Of a DNA stretch of 64,000 nt, positions 18,114 through 28,111 are shown one piece after another. Numbering within the stretch: position 1 is the stretch's first letter; each line of letters begins with the position of its first letter. The stretch comes from an uncultured Prevotellaceae bacterium. Lineage in GTDB: Bacteria > Bacteroidota > Bacteroidia > Bacteroidales > Bacteroidaceae. A model generated the notes under the pieces. That model ran no database searches and was not told the DNA's origin. It saw only the letters and a list, made by a program, of their open reading frames with translations. A program made the translations under genes and the position numbers. The DNA lies in assembly GCA_946184965.1 (NCBI GenBank), contig CAMHHO010000001.1:797-64796 (forward strand), written 5' to 3'.

Positions 18114-19349
18114 CTACTCAGCCGCCGCCTTCAGAATCTCTGAGAGCGTGGGGTGGATATGAATCATGTCGCGGAGCTGCCCAAGGGTGGTTTCGCGACA
18201 TATTAGTACGGAGACCTTCTGAACGATGTCGGCAGCATGGGCACCGTAGGCGTGACAGCCGAGGAGACGTCCGTCGCCCTCAGAGACGAAGAGCTTCAGC
18301 ATGCCCTCGGTCTCGTTCATCGCCATTGCCTTGCCGTTGGCACGCCAGAAGGACTTCTTGCACTCGTAGGCGATACCCTGTGCCTTCAACTGGTCTTCGG
18401 TGGGACCGACGCAGGCAGCCTCGGGAGTGGTGAAGATGGCGGCGGGCATAATGTCGAAGCGGATGTTGTCCTGCTTGCCAAGGATGTGGTTGACGGCGCG
18501 GACAGCCTGCATCTCGGCGGCATGGGCCAGCATCTGGCGGCCGTTGACGTCGCCGATGGCGTAGAGACCCTTCACCGACGTCTCGAAGTTATCATCCACC
18601 TTAACGCCCATGCGCTCATCATACTCAAAGCCGGCCTTTGTGAAGTCTGCCTGAACACGCGGTTTACGGCCGGTGGCCATCAGGATGACGTCGGCATCGA
18701 TGTCGGCGAGCGACTGTACGGCGGTCTTCATCCGGAACGTGATGCCCTGTTTCTCCATCAGCTTGCGCAGACGCTTGGCAATATCGCTGTCGAGGGCGGG
18801 CAGGCACTCCTTCAGGTACTCAATGACCGTGACCTCGGAACCGAAACGGTGGAAGACGGAGGCAAACTCCATACCGATGACACCGGCGCCGATGATGGCC
18901 AGGCGCTTGGGCAGCACTTCAAGGGCGAGCAGGCCAGTGCTGTCGACGACGCGCGGGTCGCTGATGTCGGGCAGGGGGAGCCACTTCGTCTCTGAGCCGG
19001 TGGCGATGATGATATTTTTGGCGGCGACAGTGTCGCCGCATAGGGGACAGACGGTGTGGGCGTCGACGAACTGGGCACGGCTGCGGACGAGGGTGATATT
19101 CGGATGCGAGAGGATGCCTTCAACACCTGCACGGAGTTGGGGGATGACCTGGGCCATGCGCTGGCGGGCTTCATCGAAAGTGGCAGAGTGGACGTAGGTC
19201 TTCGTCGGTATACAGCCGACGTTCAGACAGGTGCCGCCTACCTCGCCACCCTCGAAGACGGTGACCTTCAGTCCCTGCTTCGCAGCATATTCAGCGGCGC
19301 GGTAGCCTCCAGGCCCCGCGCCGATGACGATAAGATCAGTCTGTGTCAT
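18114..19349 (-). CDS. lpdA: Dihydrolipoyl dehydrogenase (glycine cleavage L protein), compact form
   Basis: GAGPGGY, GGTCLNVGCIPTK redox disulfide, GAGVIGME, HPTLSE. Confidence 0.92.
   Translation of the reverse strand: MTQTDLIVIGAGPGGYRAAEYAAKQGLKVTVFEGGEVGGTCLNVGCIPTKTYVHSATFDEARQRMAQVIPQLRAGVEGILSHPNITLVRSRAQFVDAHTVCPLCGDTVAAKNIIIATGSETKWLPLPDISDPRVVDSTGLLALEVLPKRLAIIGAGVIGMEFASVFHRFGSEVTVIEYLKECLPALDSDIAKRLRKLMEKQGITFRMKTAVQSLADIDADVILMATGRKPRVQADFTKAGFEYDERMGVKVDDNFETSVKGLYAIGDVNGRQMLAHAAEMQAVRAVNHILGKQDNIRFDIMPAAIFTTPEAACVGPTEDQLKAQGIAYECKKSFWRANGKAMAMNETEGMLKLFVSEGDGRLLGCHAYGAHAADIVQKVSVLICRETTLGQLRDMIHIHPTLSEILKAAAE
19021..19043. repeat. CTRT + 8-bp hairpin element, in frame in lpdA (LCGDTVAA)
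   Basis: GCGGCGAC AGT GTCGCCGC ATAG. Confidence 0.65.
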
Positions 19350-20745
19350 TCTTCAGTTGCTTATAAGTAGTTATCGGGTGCTTGGCGGCCAGCACGTCGT
19401 CGACGCGCCCGATGGGGGTGTTGTGCGGGGCCGACTTCACCAGTTCTGGGTCGGTCTTGGCCTCCTCGGCAATCTTCCGCATCACGGCAATAAAGCCGTC
19501 GAGCGTCTCCTTCGACTCGTTCTCCGTCGGCTCAATCATCAGGCTCTCGTGGAACAGCAGGGGGAAGTAGATGGTCGGGGCGTGGTAGCCGTAGTCGAGC
19601 AGACGCTTCGCCACGTCCATCGTCGTAACGCCTGTGCTCTTGTCCTTCAGTCCGTCGAAGACGAACTCATGGCAGCAGGTCGTATCGATGGGCAGCTCGT
19701 AGACATCCTTCAGCGACTCCTTGATGTAGTTGGCATTGAGCGTAGCCAGAGGGCCGACCTCCTTCACATGCTCACGTCCTAAAGAAAGGATGTAGGCGTA
19801 GGCACGGATGGCCACAGCAAAGTTTCCGTGATAAGGCGACACCTCCGGGAAGAACATCTCCAAGCCCTCGCGCACGCCGACAGGACCGGCACCGGGACCG
19901 CCGCCGCCATGAGGCGTTGAGAAAGTCTTGTGCAGGTTGATGTGCATCACGTCGAAGCCCATGTCGCCGGGACGGCAGACGCCGAGCATCGGGTTCAGGT
20001 TGGCTCCGTCGTAGTACATCAGTCCGCCACAGTCGTGGATGAGTGAGGCAATCTCCGGGATATGGGTCTCGAAGAGGCCGAGGGTGTTGGGGTTCGTCAT
20101 CATCATGGCGGCGATGCTATCGCCGCATAGAGAACACATGCGGTGGAGGTCGTCGAGGTCAACGGTGCCGTCGGCCTGCGACTTCACCTCGACAATCTCC
20201 AGGCCACAGACGGCTGCTGAGGCCGGGTTCGTGCCGTGGGCACTGTCAGGAACAATCACCTTCTTGCGCTGCAGGTCGCCACGCAAACGGTGGTAGTTGT
20301 CGATGACCATCAGTCCCGTCAACTCACCGTGAGCACCTGCGTAAGGCTTGAAAGTGAAGTGAGCCAAGCCTGTCAATGCACAAAGCGAACGCTCTAACAG
20401 CGTGACAACTGCCTGGGCACCCATTACCGTCGCGGCGGGCTGCATAGGATGCAGATTCTGGAACTGCGGCAGGGCGGCCATCTCCTCGTTGATTTTCGGA
20501 TTGTATTTCATTGTGCAGGAGCCGAGGGGATAGAAGCCCGTGTCAACGCCAAAGTTATTATTAGAAAGGTTCGTGTAGTGGCGTACCACGGTCATCTCGT
20601 CACACTCGGGCAGTTCGGCGTCGCTCTGTCGGCGCAGTTCCTGCGGCACCTTGTAATCGCCGAAGCGGTTCTTGGGCAGACTGTAACCTTTGCGGCCCTC
20701 TTGCGACAGTTCAAAAATCAAGTTTCCATAAAGTCGGTTGTTCAT
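19336..20745 (-). CDS. gcvPB: Glycine dehydrogenase (decarboxylating) subunit 2
   Basis: YPLGSCTMKYNP, SAHGTNPASA, HINLHKTFSTPHGGGGPG PLP lysine. Confidence 0.96.
   Translation of the reverse strand: MNNRLYGNLIFELSQEGRKGYSLPKNRFGDYKVPQELRRQSDAELPECDEMTVVRHYTNLSNNNFGVDTGFYPLGSCTMKYNPKINEEMAALPQFQNLHPMQPAATVMGAQAVVTLLERSLCALTGLAHFTFKPYAGAHGELTGLMVIDNYHRLRGDLQRKKVIVPDSAHGTNPASAAVCGLEIVEVKSQADGTVDLDDLHRMCSLCGDSIAAMMMTNPNTLGLFETHIPEIASLIHDCGGLMYYDGANLNPMLGVCRPGDMGFDVMHINLHKTFSTPHGGGGPGAGPVGVREGLEMFFPEVSPYHGNFAVAIRAYAYILSLGREHVKEVGPLATLNANYIKESLKDVYELPIDTTCCHEFVFDGLKDKSTGVTTMDVAKRLLDYGYHAPTIYFPLLFHESLMIEPTENESKETLDGFIAVMRKIAEEAKTDPELVKSAPHNTPIGRVDDVLAAKHPITTYKQLKNDTD
20108..20130. repeat. CTRT + 8-bp hairpin element, in frame in gcvPB (LCGDSIAA)
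   Basis: GCGGCGAT GCT ATCGCCGC ATAG. Confidence 0.65.
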
Positions 20746-22058
20746 AGGGCAGCAATCTTTACAAGGTTATCAATTTCTTCTTTCGAACGCTTCTCGGTGA
20801 CGGCAAAGAGGAAGCCACTGCCAAGACGGACACCACCAAGGAAACCGGCATCGATGAAACGCTGGCAGAGCGTATCGGCATCGCCGTCATAGTCGACGTA
20901 GAACTCGTTGAAGAACGGCTTGTCATACACCAGTGAGAAACGTCCCGTCTTCAGCAGTTCGTCGCAGAGATAGTGGGCACCGGCATAACTCAGCTCGGCA
21001 GCCTCCTTCAGTCCCTGCTTACCCATGAGCGACATGTAGACCGTCACCCACAACGCCATCAGCGACTGGTTCGAGCAGATGTTCGACGTAGCCTTCTGCC
21101 GACGGATGTGCTGTTCGCGGGCCTGGAGCGTCAGCACGAAGGCGCGCTGTCCGCGATTGTCGACCGTCTTGCCGACGATGCGGCCCGGCATCTTGCGGAT
21201 GAGCTTCTCCGTGCAGCACATATAGCCGACGTACGGGCCACCCCACTGCATGGGAATGCCCAGCGACTGGCCGTCGCCCACGGCGATGTCAGCCCCCCAC
21301 TCGCCCGGCGTCTTCAGCACGGCGAGATCGGCGGCCACGCTGTTCATGATCAGGAGTGCCTTCTGCTGATGACAGAGGTCAGCCAGCCCGCTGTAGTCCT
21401 CGACGATGCCGAAGTAGTTGGGCTGCTGGACCACCACACCGGCCACGCCGCCCTGTGCCAGCAGCGCCTCAAGGCTCTCCCTCGAAGTGACGCCGTCGAC
21501 GGCAGCGACCATCTCCAGTTCGATGTCGTGGAAGTGGGCGTAGGTCTTGACGACGGCAAGCGTCTTGGGGTCGATGGTTTCAGAGACGAGCACCTTGCGC
21601 TGCTTCTTGCCGGCGGCCACAGCCATCATCATGGCCTCGGCCGTTGCGGTCGTACCGTCATACATCGAGGCGTTCGAGATGTCCATGCCTGTCAGCTCGG
21701 CCATCATCGACTGATACTCAAAGATATAGTGCAGCGTGCCCTGCGAGATCTCAGCCTGATACGGCGTGTATGAGGTCAGCAGCTCCGAGCGCTGCAGCAG
21801 ATTGGGAATGACCGACGGCGTGTAGTGGTCGTAGACGCCGCCACCGGCGAAGCACACGAGCGGCTTGTTCTGCTGGCCGAGTTTCTCGAAGAGCTGGCGC
21901 ACCTCCAGTTCGCTCATCTCCGACGGCAGCTTATAGTCGCCGCGGAAGCGGATGTCTTCGGGAATCTGGGGGTATAAGGCATCGAGAGAATCGATGCCTA
22001 CGGTTGAGAGCATTGCCTGCAGGTCTTCCTCGGTATGGGGGAAATACTTATAGGTCAT
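20742..22058 (-). CDS. gcvPA: Glycine dehydrogenase (decarboxylating) subunit 1
   Basis: TSYTPYQAEISQG, NASMYDG, LQAREQHIRRQKATSNICSNQ. Confidence 0.96.
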   Translation of the reverse strand: MTYKYFPHTEEDLQAMLSTVGIDSLDALYPQIPEDIRFRGDYKLPSEMSELEVRQLFEKLGQQNKPLVCFAGGGVYDHYTPSVIPNLLQRSELLTSYTPYQAEISQGTLHYIFEYQSMMAELTGMDISNASMYDGTTATAEAMMMAVAAGKKQRKVLVSETIDPKTLAVVKTYAHFHDIELEMVAAVDGVTSRESLEALLAQGGVAGVVVQQPNYFGIVEDYSGLADLCHQQKALLIMNSVAADLAVLKTPGEWGADIAVGDGQSLGIPMQWGGPYVGYMCCTEKLIRKMPGRIVGKTVDNRGQRAFVLTLQAREQHIRRQKATSNICSNQSLMALWVTVYMSLMGKQGLKEAAELSYAGAHYLCDELLKTGRFSLVYDKPFFNEFYVDYDGDADTLCQRFIDAGFLGGVRLGSGFLFAVTEKRSKEEIDNLVKIAAL

Positions 22059-22435
22059 TTCGCGCAGAATTCTTCGTAAGCCTTGGCGTCCATCAGGTTG
22101 TCAAGCTCTGCCTTGTCGCTCATCTCCACCTTGATAATCCAGTTCTCGTAGGCATCCTGGTTCACCAGCTCGGGCTGGTCGTCGAGGGCGTCGTTCACCT
22201 CGACCACCTTGCCGCTGACGGGCGATATGAGGTCGGAGGCAGCCTTCACGCTCTCCACGGCGCCAAACTCCTCGCCGGCCGTCACCTCGTCGTCAACGTC
22301 GGGCATGTCGACATACACCACGTTGCCTAATGCGTTCTGGGCATAGTCGGTAATACCAACGTAGCCATACTCACCTTCTACTCTTACATATTCGTGCGAC
22401 TCCGAGTAGTAGAGTCCTTCGATTACCTTACTCAT
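22055..22435 (-). CDS. gcvH: Glycine cleavage system H protein
   Basis: GITDYAQ, VESVKAASD lipoyl lysine. Confidence 0.97.
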   Translation of the reverse strand: MSKVIEGLYYSESHEYVRVEGEYGYVGITDYAQNALGNVVYVDMPDVDDEVTAGEEFGAVESVKAASDLISPVSGKVVEVNDALDDQPELVNQDAYENWIIKVEMSDKAELDNLMDAKAYEEFCAK

Positions 22436-23538
22436 TTTTTATAGCTTTTGTTATAGAATTGCTTCTTGACAACCGTTCCGGGGAACGTCTTCTTGCGAAT
22501 TTGTATCTGCACGTCGGTGCCGAGGGCGGCGTAGGCCGTGTCGACGAGTGCCATGCAGACGCTCTTGTCGGTAGAGATGGTGTGGTAGCCCGTAGTCACC
22601 TCGCCGATGGGCTCGCCGTCCATGTTGAGTACGGTGTAGCCGTGACGGGGAATAGCCTTGTCGTGCAGTTCGATGCCGACGAGCTTGCGGCTGACGCCCT
22701 CGGTCTTCTGCTTCAGCAGGGCCTCGCGGCCGATGAACTCAGGCTTGTCGAACTTGACGAACATCGTCAGACCGGCCATCACGGGCGTGATGTCCTCAGA
22801 GAGTTCGTCGCCGTAGAGCGGCAGTCCCACCTCGAAGCGCAGCGTGTCGCGGCAGCCCAGTCCGCAGGGCTGCACGTTGGCGGCAATCAGCTTCTCCCAG
22901 CACTCGCGGATGTAGTCGTGCGAGGCGTAGATCTCGAAGCCGTCCTCGCCGGTGTAGCCTGTGCGGCTGATGATGACGTCGCCAATGACCTTGCTGGTGT
23001 AGAACACGAGGTCGGCACATGGCAGGGCGAGGACTGTCTCGACGATGTGCTCCGATTCGGGTCCCTGAATGGCTATCTGTCCGTAGAAGTCTGACTCGTT
23101 CTGCAGGTCGATGTCGAAGCCGTCGGCATGTTCCTGCATCCACGCCCAGTCCTTGTCGATGTTAGCGGCGTTGATGACGAGGAAGAAGTCCTGCTCGCCG
23201 AGCTTGTAGACCAGCAGGTCGTCGACCGTACCGCCGTTGTCGTAGCACATCATGCCGTAGAGGATCTTGCCCACGGGCATGCCCGTCACGTCGTTCGTGA
23301 AGATGTGGTTCACGTAGCGCTCAGCATCCTTGCCCTTCACGGTCACCTCGCCCATGTGCGAGACGTCGAACAGTCCGCAGTTGTTGCGCACAGCCAGGTG
23401 CTCCAGCTGGATGTTCTTGTACTGTATAGGCATCACAAAGCCAGCAAACGGAGCCAGGAAGGCTCCCTCGGCAATGTGGTTCTCATACAGACACGTCCGC
23501 TTCTCTTTCTGTTTCTCTAACTCTTGTTTTATTGCCAT
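22432..23538 (-). CDS. gcvT: Glycine cleavage aminomethyltransferase T
   Basis: LFDVSHMGE, SRTGYTGEDGFEI, GLGCRDTLRFEVGLPLYG. Confidence 0.97.
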   Translation of the reverse strand: MAIKQELEKQKEKRTCLYENHIAEGAFLAPFAGFVMPIQYKNIQLEHLAVRNNCGLFDVSHMGEVTVKGKDAERYVNHIFTNDVTGMPVGKILYGMMCYDNGGTVDDLLVYKLGEQDFFLVINAANIDKDWAWMQEHADGFDIDLQNESDFYGQIAIQGPESEHIVETVLALPCADLVFYTSKVIGDVIISRTGYTGEDGFEIYASHDYIRECWEKLIAANVQPCGLGCRDTLRFEVGLPLYGDELSEDITPVMAGLTMFVKFDKPEFIGREALLKQKTEGVSRKLVGIELHDKAIPRHGYTVLNMDGEPIGEVTTGYHTISTDKSVCMALVDTAYAALGTDVQIQIRKKTFPGTVVKKQFYNKSYKK

Positions 23539-23542
23539 AGTC

Positions 23543-24232
23543 TTATGTTAATTGATAGTTCTTCTCCAATGCCTCTATCCCGGCAACGTCGGCTGCCGTC
23601 AGCATGCGCTCGCCGCTGCAGAGCGTCTCGCGGACGAGCGTCTTCACCTCATCAAGGGTCAGCGGCGTATATTCTTTTAATAAGGTGATGCGCTGGCGCA
23701 CGCTCTCGATGCCCTTCTTCTGCAGCTTCTCCCGGCTCGGCGTGATGGCCTGCAGCATGTGCGCCATGTTCGTGTCGTAGAGCAGCGTACTGTGTACGAT
23801 GCACCCTTGGGGCGTCGTCCTGCAAGCCGTGCCGCAGACCTTCCTGTCGCCTATCATGATGTCGTTATGACTGGTGCCCGTGGCCTCGACGCCCATCTTA
23901 CGCAGCACCAGCAGAATCATGTTGACAAAGCGGTTGAAGGCAAAGTTCACGTTCTGCTCGGCGGTGACGAACGACAGCATCAGGTTGTCGCGGTCGGCAT
24001 AGACGCAGCCGCCGCCGCTCTTCCGGCGGAACACCTCGATGCCGTGCTCGCGGCAGTAGCCGAGGTTCACCTCGTTCTCCAATACCTGATTGCGCCCGTA
24101 GATGACCGTCGGCTCCACCTGCCATGTAAAGAAGTAGTCGGGCTCGTCAAGACGGCGGGCCACATACTCCTCCATTGCTAAATGGAACGATAAACGTCGC
24201 TGTTTGTCATCGGGCAGCAGGATGTACTTCAT
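23543..24232 (-). CDS. lplA: Lipoate-protein ligase A catalytic domain
   Basis: GRNQ, RRKSGGGCVYAD, ND..IGDRKVCG; first gene of gcv operon. Confidence 0.88.
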   Translation of the reverse strand: MKYILLPDDKQRRLSFHLAMEEYVARRLDEPDYFFTWQVEPTVIYGRNQVLENEVNLGYCREHGIEVFRRKSGGGCVYADRDNLMLSFVTAEQNVNFAFNRFVNMILLVLRKMGVEATGTSHNDIMIGDRKVCGTACRTTPQGCIVHSTLLYDTNMAHMLQAITPSREKLQKKGIESVRQRITLLKEYTPLTLDEVKTLVRETLCSGERMLTAADVAGIEALEKNYQLT

Positions 24233-24277
24233 ACATTTCAGGTTAGCGACTGCAAATATATGAAGTTTTTATGTAAT

Positions 24278-25183
24278 CTACAAGTTTTTCTCCAAGAATT
24301 TTAGCTCGGCTTCCAACATTTCCAGTTTCGGCATGCGGAAACCGGCCTCTCGGGCTATCTCTATCGGGCGCGTATAAAGATAATGTATCTCCATTGGGCG
24401 GTGGAAGTCGTAGTCCAGCCGCATCGACGGCGAGTAGGGCGTCATCTCGTCGGTCATCTGGATCATCTTCTCGACAAACGCCTCGTCGACGCCGCTCACG
24501 CCCAAGGCCCGCGACGCTCCGACCACCTCCATCATCTGGTCACGGATGAGCTGGCGCGTCGAGGGATTCTTCAGCAGCAGGTCGGTCTGCGTGTGCAGGG
24601 CTACGGTCATGCCGTTGAAGGGCATGTTCCACACGGCCTTCTTCCAGCGTGCCTCGTGATACTCCACCTCGCCCGTCTGGATGTCGGCCTCGCGGAAGTC
24701 GCTGAACACAGCCTCGAACAGCGCCTCGTCGCGACACGAGTAGTTGGCCAGGTTGATGCTGCCATAGCATTGGTGGCTGACGCGCCCCGGCTCGGTCTTT
24801 GCCGAACAGATAAAGGCCAGTCCGGCGCAGAGCTGCACTTGGGGGAACATCAGCTGCACGTCCTGCTCAACGCCGATGCCGTTCTGAATCATCACCACCA
24901 GCGTGTTGTCGTGCAGCAGCGGCGGCAGCAGCGACTTCAGCAAGCGGTTGTTCACCGACTTGATGCACACCAGCACGACGTCGCACGGCGGCATATCCAC
25001 AGTCCGGGCGTAGGCGTTAGCCTCGATATGGAACGACCCGTCGCAGGAGTCCACCTGCAGGCCGTTCGCCTTCACGTACTCATAGTCCTTGTGCAGCAGG
25101 AAGTGCACCTCCTGTCCTGCCCGTGCCAGCTTGGCGCCGTAGTAGCCGCCAATGGCCCCTGTTCCTATTACTCCGTATTTCAT
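24278..25183 (-). CDS. panE: 2-dehydropantoate 2-reductase
   Basis: GTGAIGGYYG, IQNGIG, WKKAVWNMPFN, PSMRLD; start moved to MKYGVIG. Confidence 0.88.
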   Translation of the reverse strand: MKYGVIGTGAIGGYYGAKLARAGQEVHFLLHKDYEYVKANGLQVDSCDGSFHIEANAYARTVDMPPCDVVLVCIKSVNNRLLKSLLPPLLHDNTLVVMIQNGIGVEQDVQLMFPQVQLCAGLAFICSAKTEPGRVSHQCYGSINLANYSCRDEALFEAVFSDFREADIQTGEVEYHEARWKKAVWNMPFNGMTVALHTQTDLLLKNPSTRQLIRDQMMEVVGASRALGVSGVDEAFVEKMIQMTDEMTPYSPSMRLDYDFHRPMEIHYLYTRPIEIAREAGFRMPKLEMLEAELKFLEKNL

Positions 25184-25421
25184 ACAGGGTGCAAAAGTAC
25201 AAAAATTCTGCCATATCAGCAAGCTTTTCTGCGCAAAAAACCGCAAAAACCTTGACAAACCGCCTCGCCATACTCGCGTGGCAGCCAGCAACCGCGCTAC
25301 TGGCCGCAAATACGCAAGTTTTGGCCCATAAGCCAACCACTTGATTACCAACCTTCTACGCCAAAACAGTCTGTCGGTACCCCCTCAAAACGCCCCTGAA
25401 TAGCGCCGCCAAGCCCCCTTT

Positions 25422-25487
25422 TTGGCGCCACCAAACCGGCCGGTTGGCGCCACTAACCCGGCGGTTTGCTCCGACCAACCCGCCGAG
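25422..25487. repeat. Three degenerate 22-bp tandem units in divergent intergenic region
   Basis: ttggcgccaccaaaccggccgg / ttggcgccactaacccggcggt / ttgctccgaccaacccgccgag. Confidence 0.65.
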
Positions 25488-25722
25488 TTAGCATTCTCAG
25501 GCCGCCCCACGCGCTTTTCCCGCCTCCACAGAGCCCTTTTTCGCCCCATTCCGTTTCCAGAATCATCCTCCCAACTGACGCTTTTTTTAACTATTTTCTT
25601 TACACTCCTTGCCCCGAAGGAGTGAGGGGAAAAACAAATCTTGTCAAAATGTTTGGAGTTTCAATTATTTTGTGTATCTTTGCAACGATAACCAATTCAT
25701 TAACCCTAAAACCTGATTTACA

Positions 25723-28038
25723 ATGATGAAAAAACGATTATTCATACTACTCACAGCTCTTGTGGCCTTAGTAACGACGGCAGGAGCCGTGACCTACGGC
25801 ATCTCCTTCTGCGGAATATCCATTACTAACGATGACAAGGATGACATTGCTTATTACTTGAGATTAGCGGGCTATACTGTACCTTCAGGCGCATCAGCTT
25901 CCTACAACCCCTCGACCAAAACGCTGACGCTGAACAACTGGTCAGGCAGCGGCTATACGTATGGTCTGGTAGTGGAGGAATCCTTTACCGGCACGCTGAC
26001 CCTCAAGGTGAACGGTGACTGCAGACTCCCCTCAATATCCTTACGGGGAACGAACGACCTCACCATCAATGGATCTGGCACACTGACAATATTCGAACAA
26101 TACGGATGTCAGATTAACGGCGTACACAAGGTGACTATCAACAGTGCCAATGTCAACATTCAGTACAAGTGGACAAAGAACGACTTCTACGACCGTATCA
26201 GCCTTGTCGTCAACGGAGGTTGGTTGTACGTGGGAGAGATGGGGTTTAACTTCTCGTCCGTCACCCTAACCGACTGCGTGATGACAGAGCCCAGCAGCGG
26301 CTCAAATAATGTGAGTGGGAAAACGGTGCGAATACGCCCCGAGTACCGCGATGACCCGCAAATCTCGTGGTCTCAATCGTCGGTCAATATCAATAAGAAC
26401 CAGTCGTACACGCTGCCGTCATTCCGCAACCCCAAGAGCCTGACAGGCATCACATTCACGAGCAGCAACCTCAGCGTGGCGAGCGTCAGCAGCAGCGGTA
26501 CTATCAGTCTTGGCTCGGGCACGGGATCGGCGGTGATTACCGCCACCTTCAACGGTAATGCCTCCTACAAGCCAGCACAGGTCACAACGACGCTGACCAC
26601 CTACAGTGGCAGCCTGATGGAGCGGACCATCTATTGGTCGGAGAGCGAAGTAACCGTCGTCATGGGCGAAACGTTCAATGCGCCGACGCTGACTGTGGAA
26701 CCTAATCCGGGCAGCGGCCACATCTATTATAAGTCATCAACCCCGTCTGTTGCGATGATTAGTGATTGGGGTACTGTTACTATCAAGAGTCCTGGCCAAA
26801 CCACTATAACCGCCAACATCAAAGCCCTCAACAACTATAACGCATGTAGTGCCAGCTATGAACTCTACGTGTATGGCTACTATGACATGCGATGGAGAGT
26901 TGAAACCTATCAGGCCACCGTCGGTAATACAAAAGTAAGGCCAAGTTCTATCGGTTTCACAGACGTCACCTATTATAGTAGCAACACCGACGTAGCCGAG
27001 GTTGACGAAAATGGTTATGTGACAGCCAAAGCTGCTGGTACCGCTGTCATTACGGCAGAGCGAGAAGGTGAAGGCTACTATCTGAATACGACCGCTTCTT
27101 ACACACTTGTAGTAGAGCGTCAGAACCCCATCAATCGGCTGTACTGGTCGAATGGCGTAAAAAATGACAGCTACACTGTGGCATACGGAGAGTATTGCTA
27201 TGCTAAACTGAGCAACGCTCTAAATCTGCCCGTCAGCTACGCGAGCAGCAACACCACGGTAGCCACCATCGACGATGAAGGAAAAGTAACGCCGCTGGCC
27301 GTGGGCGAAGCGGTCATCACTGCCATCTTCGACGGCGATGACACCTATGAGCCTGTAACCAGAAGCTTCACACTGACGGTAACGCCGCCAAAGCCGAAAA
27401 TCAATTGGCCAAAATCTGCCACCACCGGCCACCTTGGCAGTACGTTCGACAGTCCGACACTCAATAATCCCAACAACGTCCCCGTCAGCTACACGAGCAG
27501 TGACCCCACCGTGGCCACCATTGACGAAACTGGCAACGTAACTCTCCTGTCCATCGGCAAGACCACCATCAGTGCCATCTTCGACGGCAACGAGACGTAT
27601 GTACCCTCGACCGTTACGTACCAGTTGACCGTCATCGATGTCTATTGGACTAAGGAGTATGACTATCTCGCCATAGGACGTTCGTTCCGCCCGGAACTCG
27701 TCAACCTCTCAGGAAGGGAAGTAAACATCACTGTTTCTGGAGACTTTGCAACCTACGACCCCGAAACAGGCTTTGTCACGGGTGTAAGTAAGGGCAGCTG
27801 CAAAATTTATGCCAGTGAGGGCAATGGGTCGGTCAGCATGAACCTACATATCTGCCCTGTGGGCGATGCCAACCATAGCCGTACCCTGTCTTCAACCGAT
27901 GTTACGAGTATGATTCAGAAGATTACTGGCAGCAGCGACAACACCGTAGCCCCATACGCTCCGGAGGATGTCAACGGCGACGGACGCTTGGACATTATCG
28001 ACGTTGCCTTGCTCATCGAACTGCTGAAAGCGCAGTGA
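25723..28038 (+). CDS. Secreted protein with tandem Ig-like (Big_2) domains and C-terminal dockerin-like module
   Basis: Signal peptide; five or more Y.SSN..VA.VD..G.VT....G.A.ITA repeats; GDANHSRTLSSTDV ... DVNGDGRLDIIDV duplicated Ca-binding loops. Confidence 0.82.
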   Translation: MMKKRLFILLTALVALVTTAGAVTYGISFCGISITNDDKDDIAYYLRLAGYTVPSGASASYNPSTKTLTLNNWSGSGYTYGLVVEESFTGTLTLKVNGDCRLPSISLRGTNDLTINGSGTLTIFEQYGCQINGVHKVTINSANVNIQYKWTKNDFYDRISLVVNGGWLYVGEMGFNFSSVTLTDCVMTEPSSGSNNVSGKTVRIRPEYRDDPQISWSQSSVNINKNQSYTLPSFRNPKSLTGITFTSSNLSVASVSSSGTISLGSGTGSAVITATFNGNASYKPAQVTTTLTTYSGSLMERTIYWSESEVTVVMGETFNAPTLTVEPNPGSGHIYYKSSTPSVAMISDWGTVTIKSPGQTTITANIKALNNYNACSASYELYVYGYYDMRWRVETYQATVGNTKVRPSSIGFTDVTYYSSNTDVAEVDENGYVTAKAAGTAVITAEREGEGYYLNTTASYTLVVERQNPINRLYWSNGVKNDSYTVAYGEYCYAKLSNALNLPVSYASSNTTVATIDDEGKVTPLAVGEAVITAIFDGDDTYEPVTRSFTLTVTPPKPKINWPKSATTGHLGSTFDSPTLNNPNNVPVSYTSSDPTVATIDETGNVTLLSIGKTTISAIFDGNETYVPSTVTYQLTVIDVYWTKEYDYLAIGRSFRPELVNLSGREVNITVSGDFATYDPETGFVTGVSKGSCKIYASEGNGSVSMNLHICPVGDANHSRTLSSTDVTSMIQKITGSSDNTVAPYAPEDVNGDGRLDIIDVALLIELLKAQ

Positions 28039-28111
28039 GACAGCTGATAGAAGTGAAATTTCCGGGCGAAAGGTAATGAGTGTCGGAAAAAAGTTGTAAC
28101 TTTGCACCCGC

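Noticed and set aside
24232-24278. Glycine riboswitch upstream of gcv operon
   Set aside because: Spacer is only 45 bp and is occupied by a TATATTTG promoter
25422-25487. Possible mini CRISPR array
   Set aside because: Units are contiguous with no unique spacers, too degenerate, and no cas genes are present
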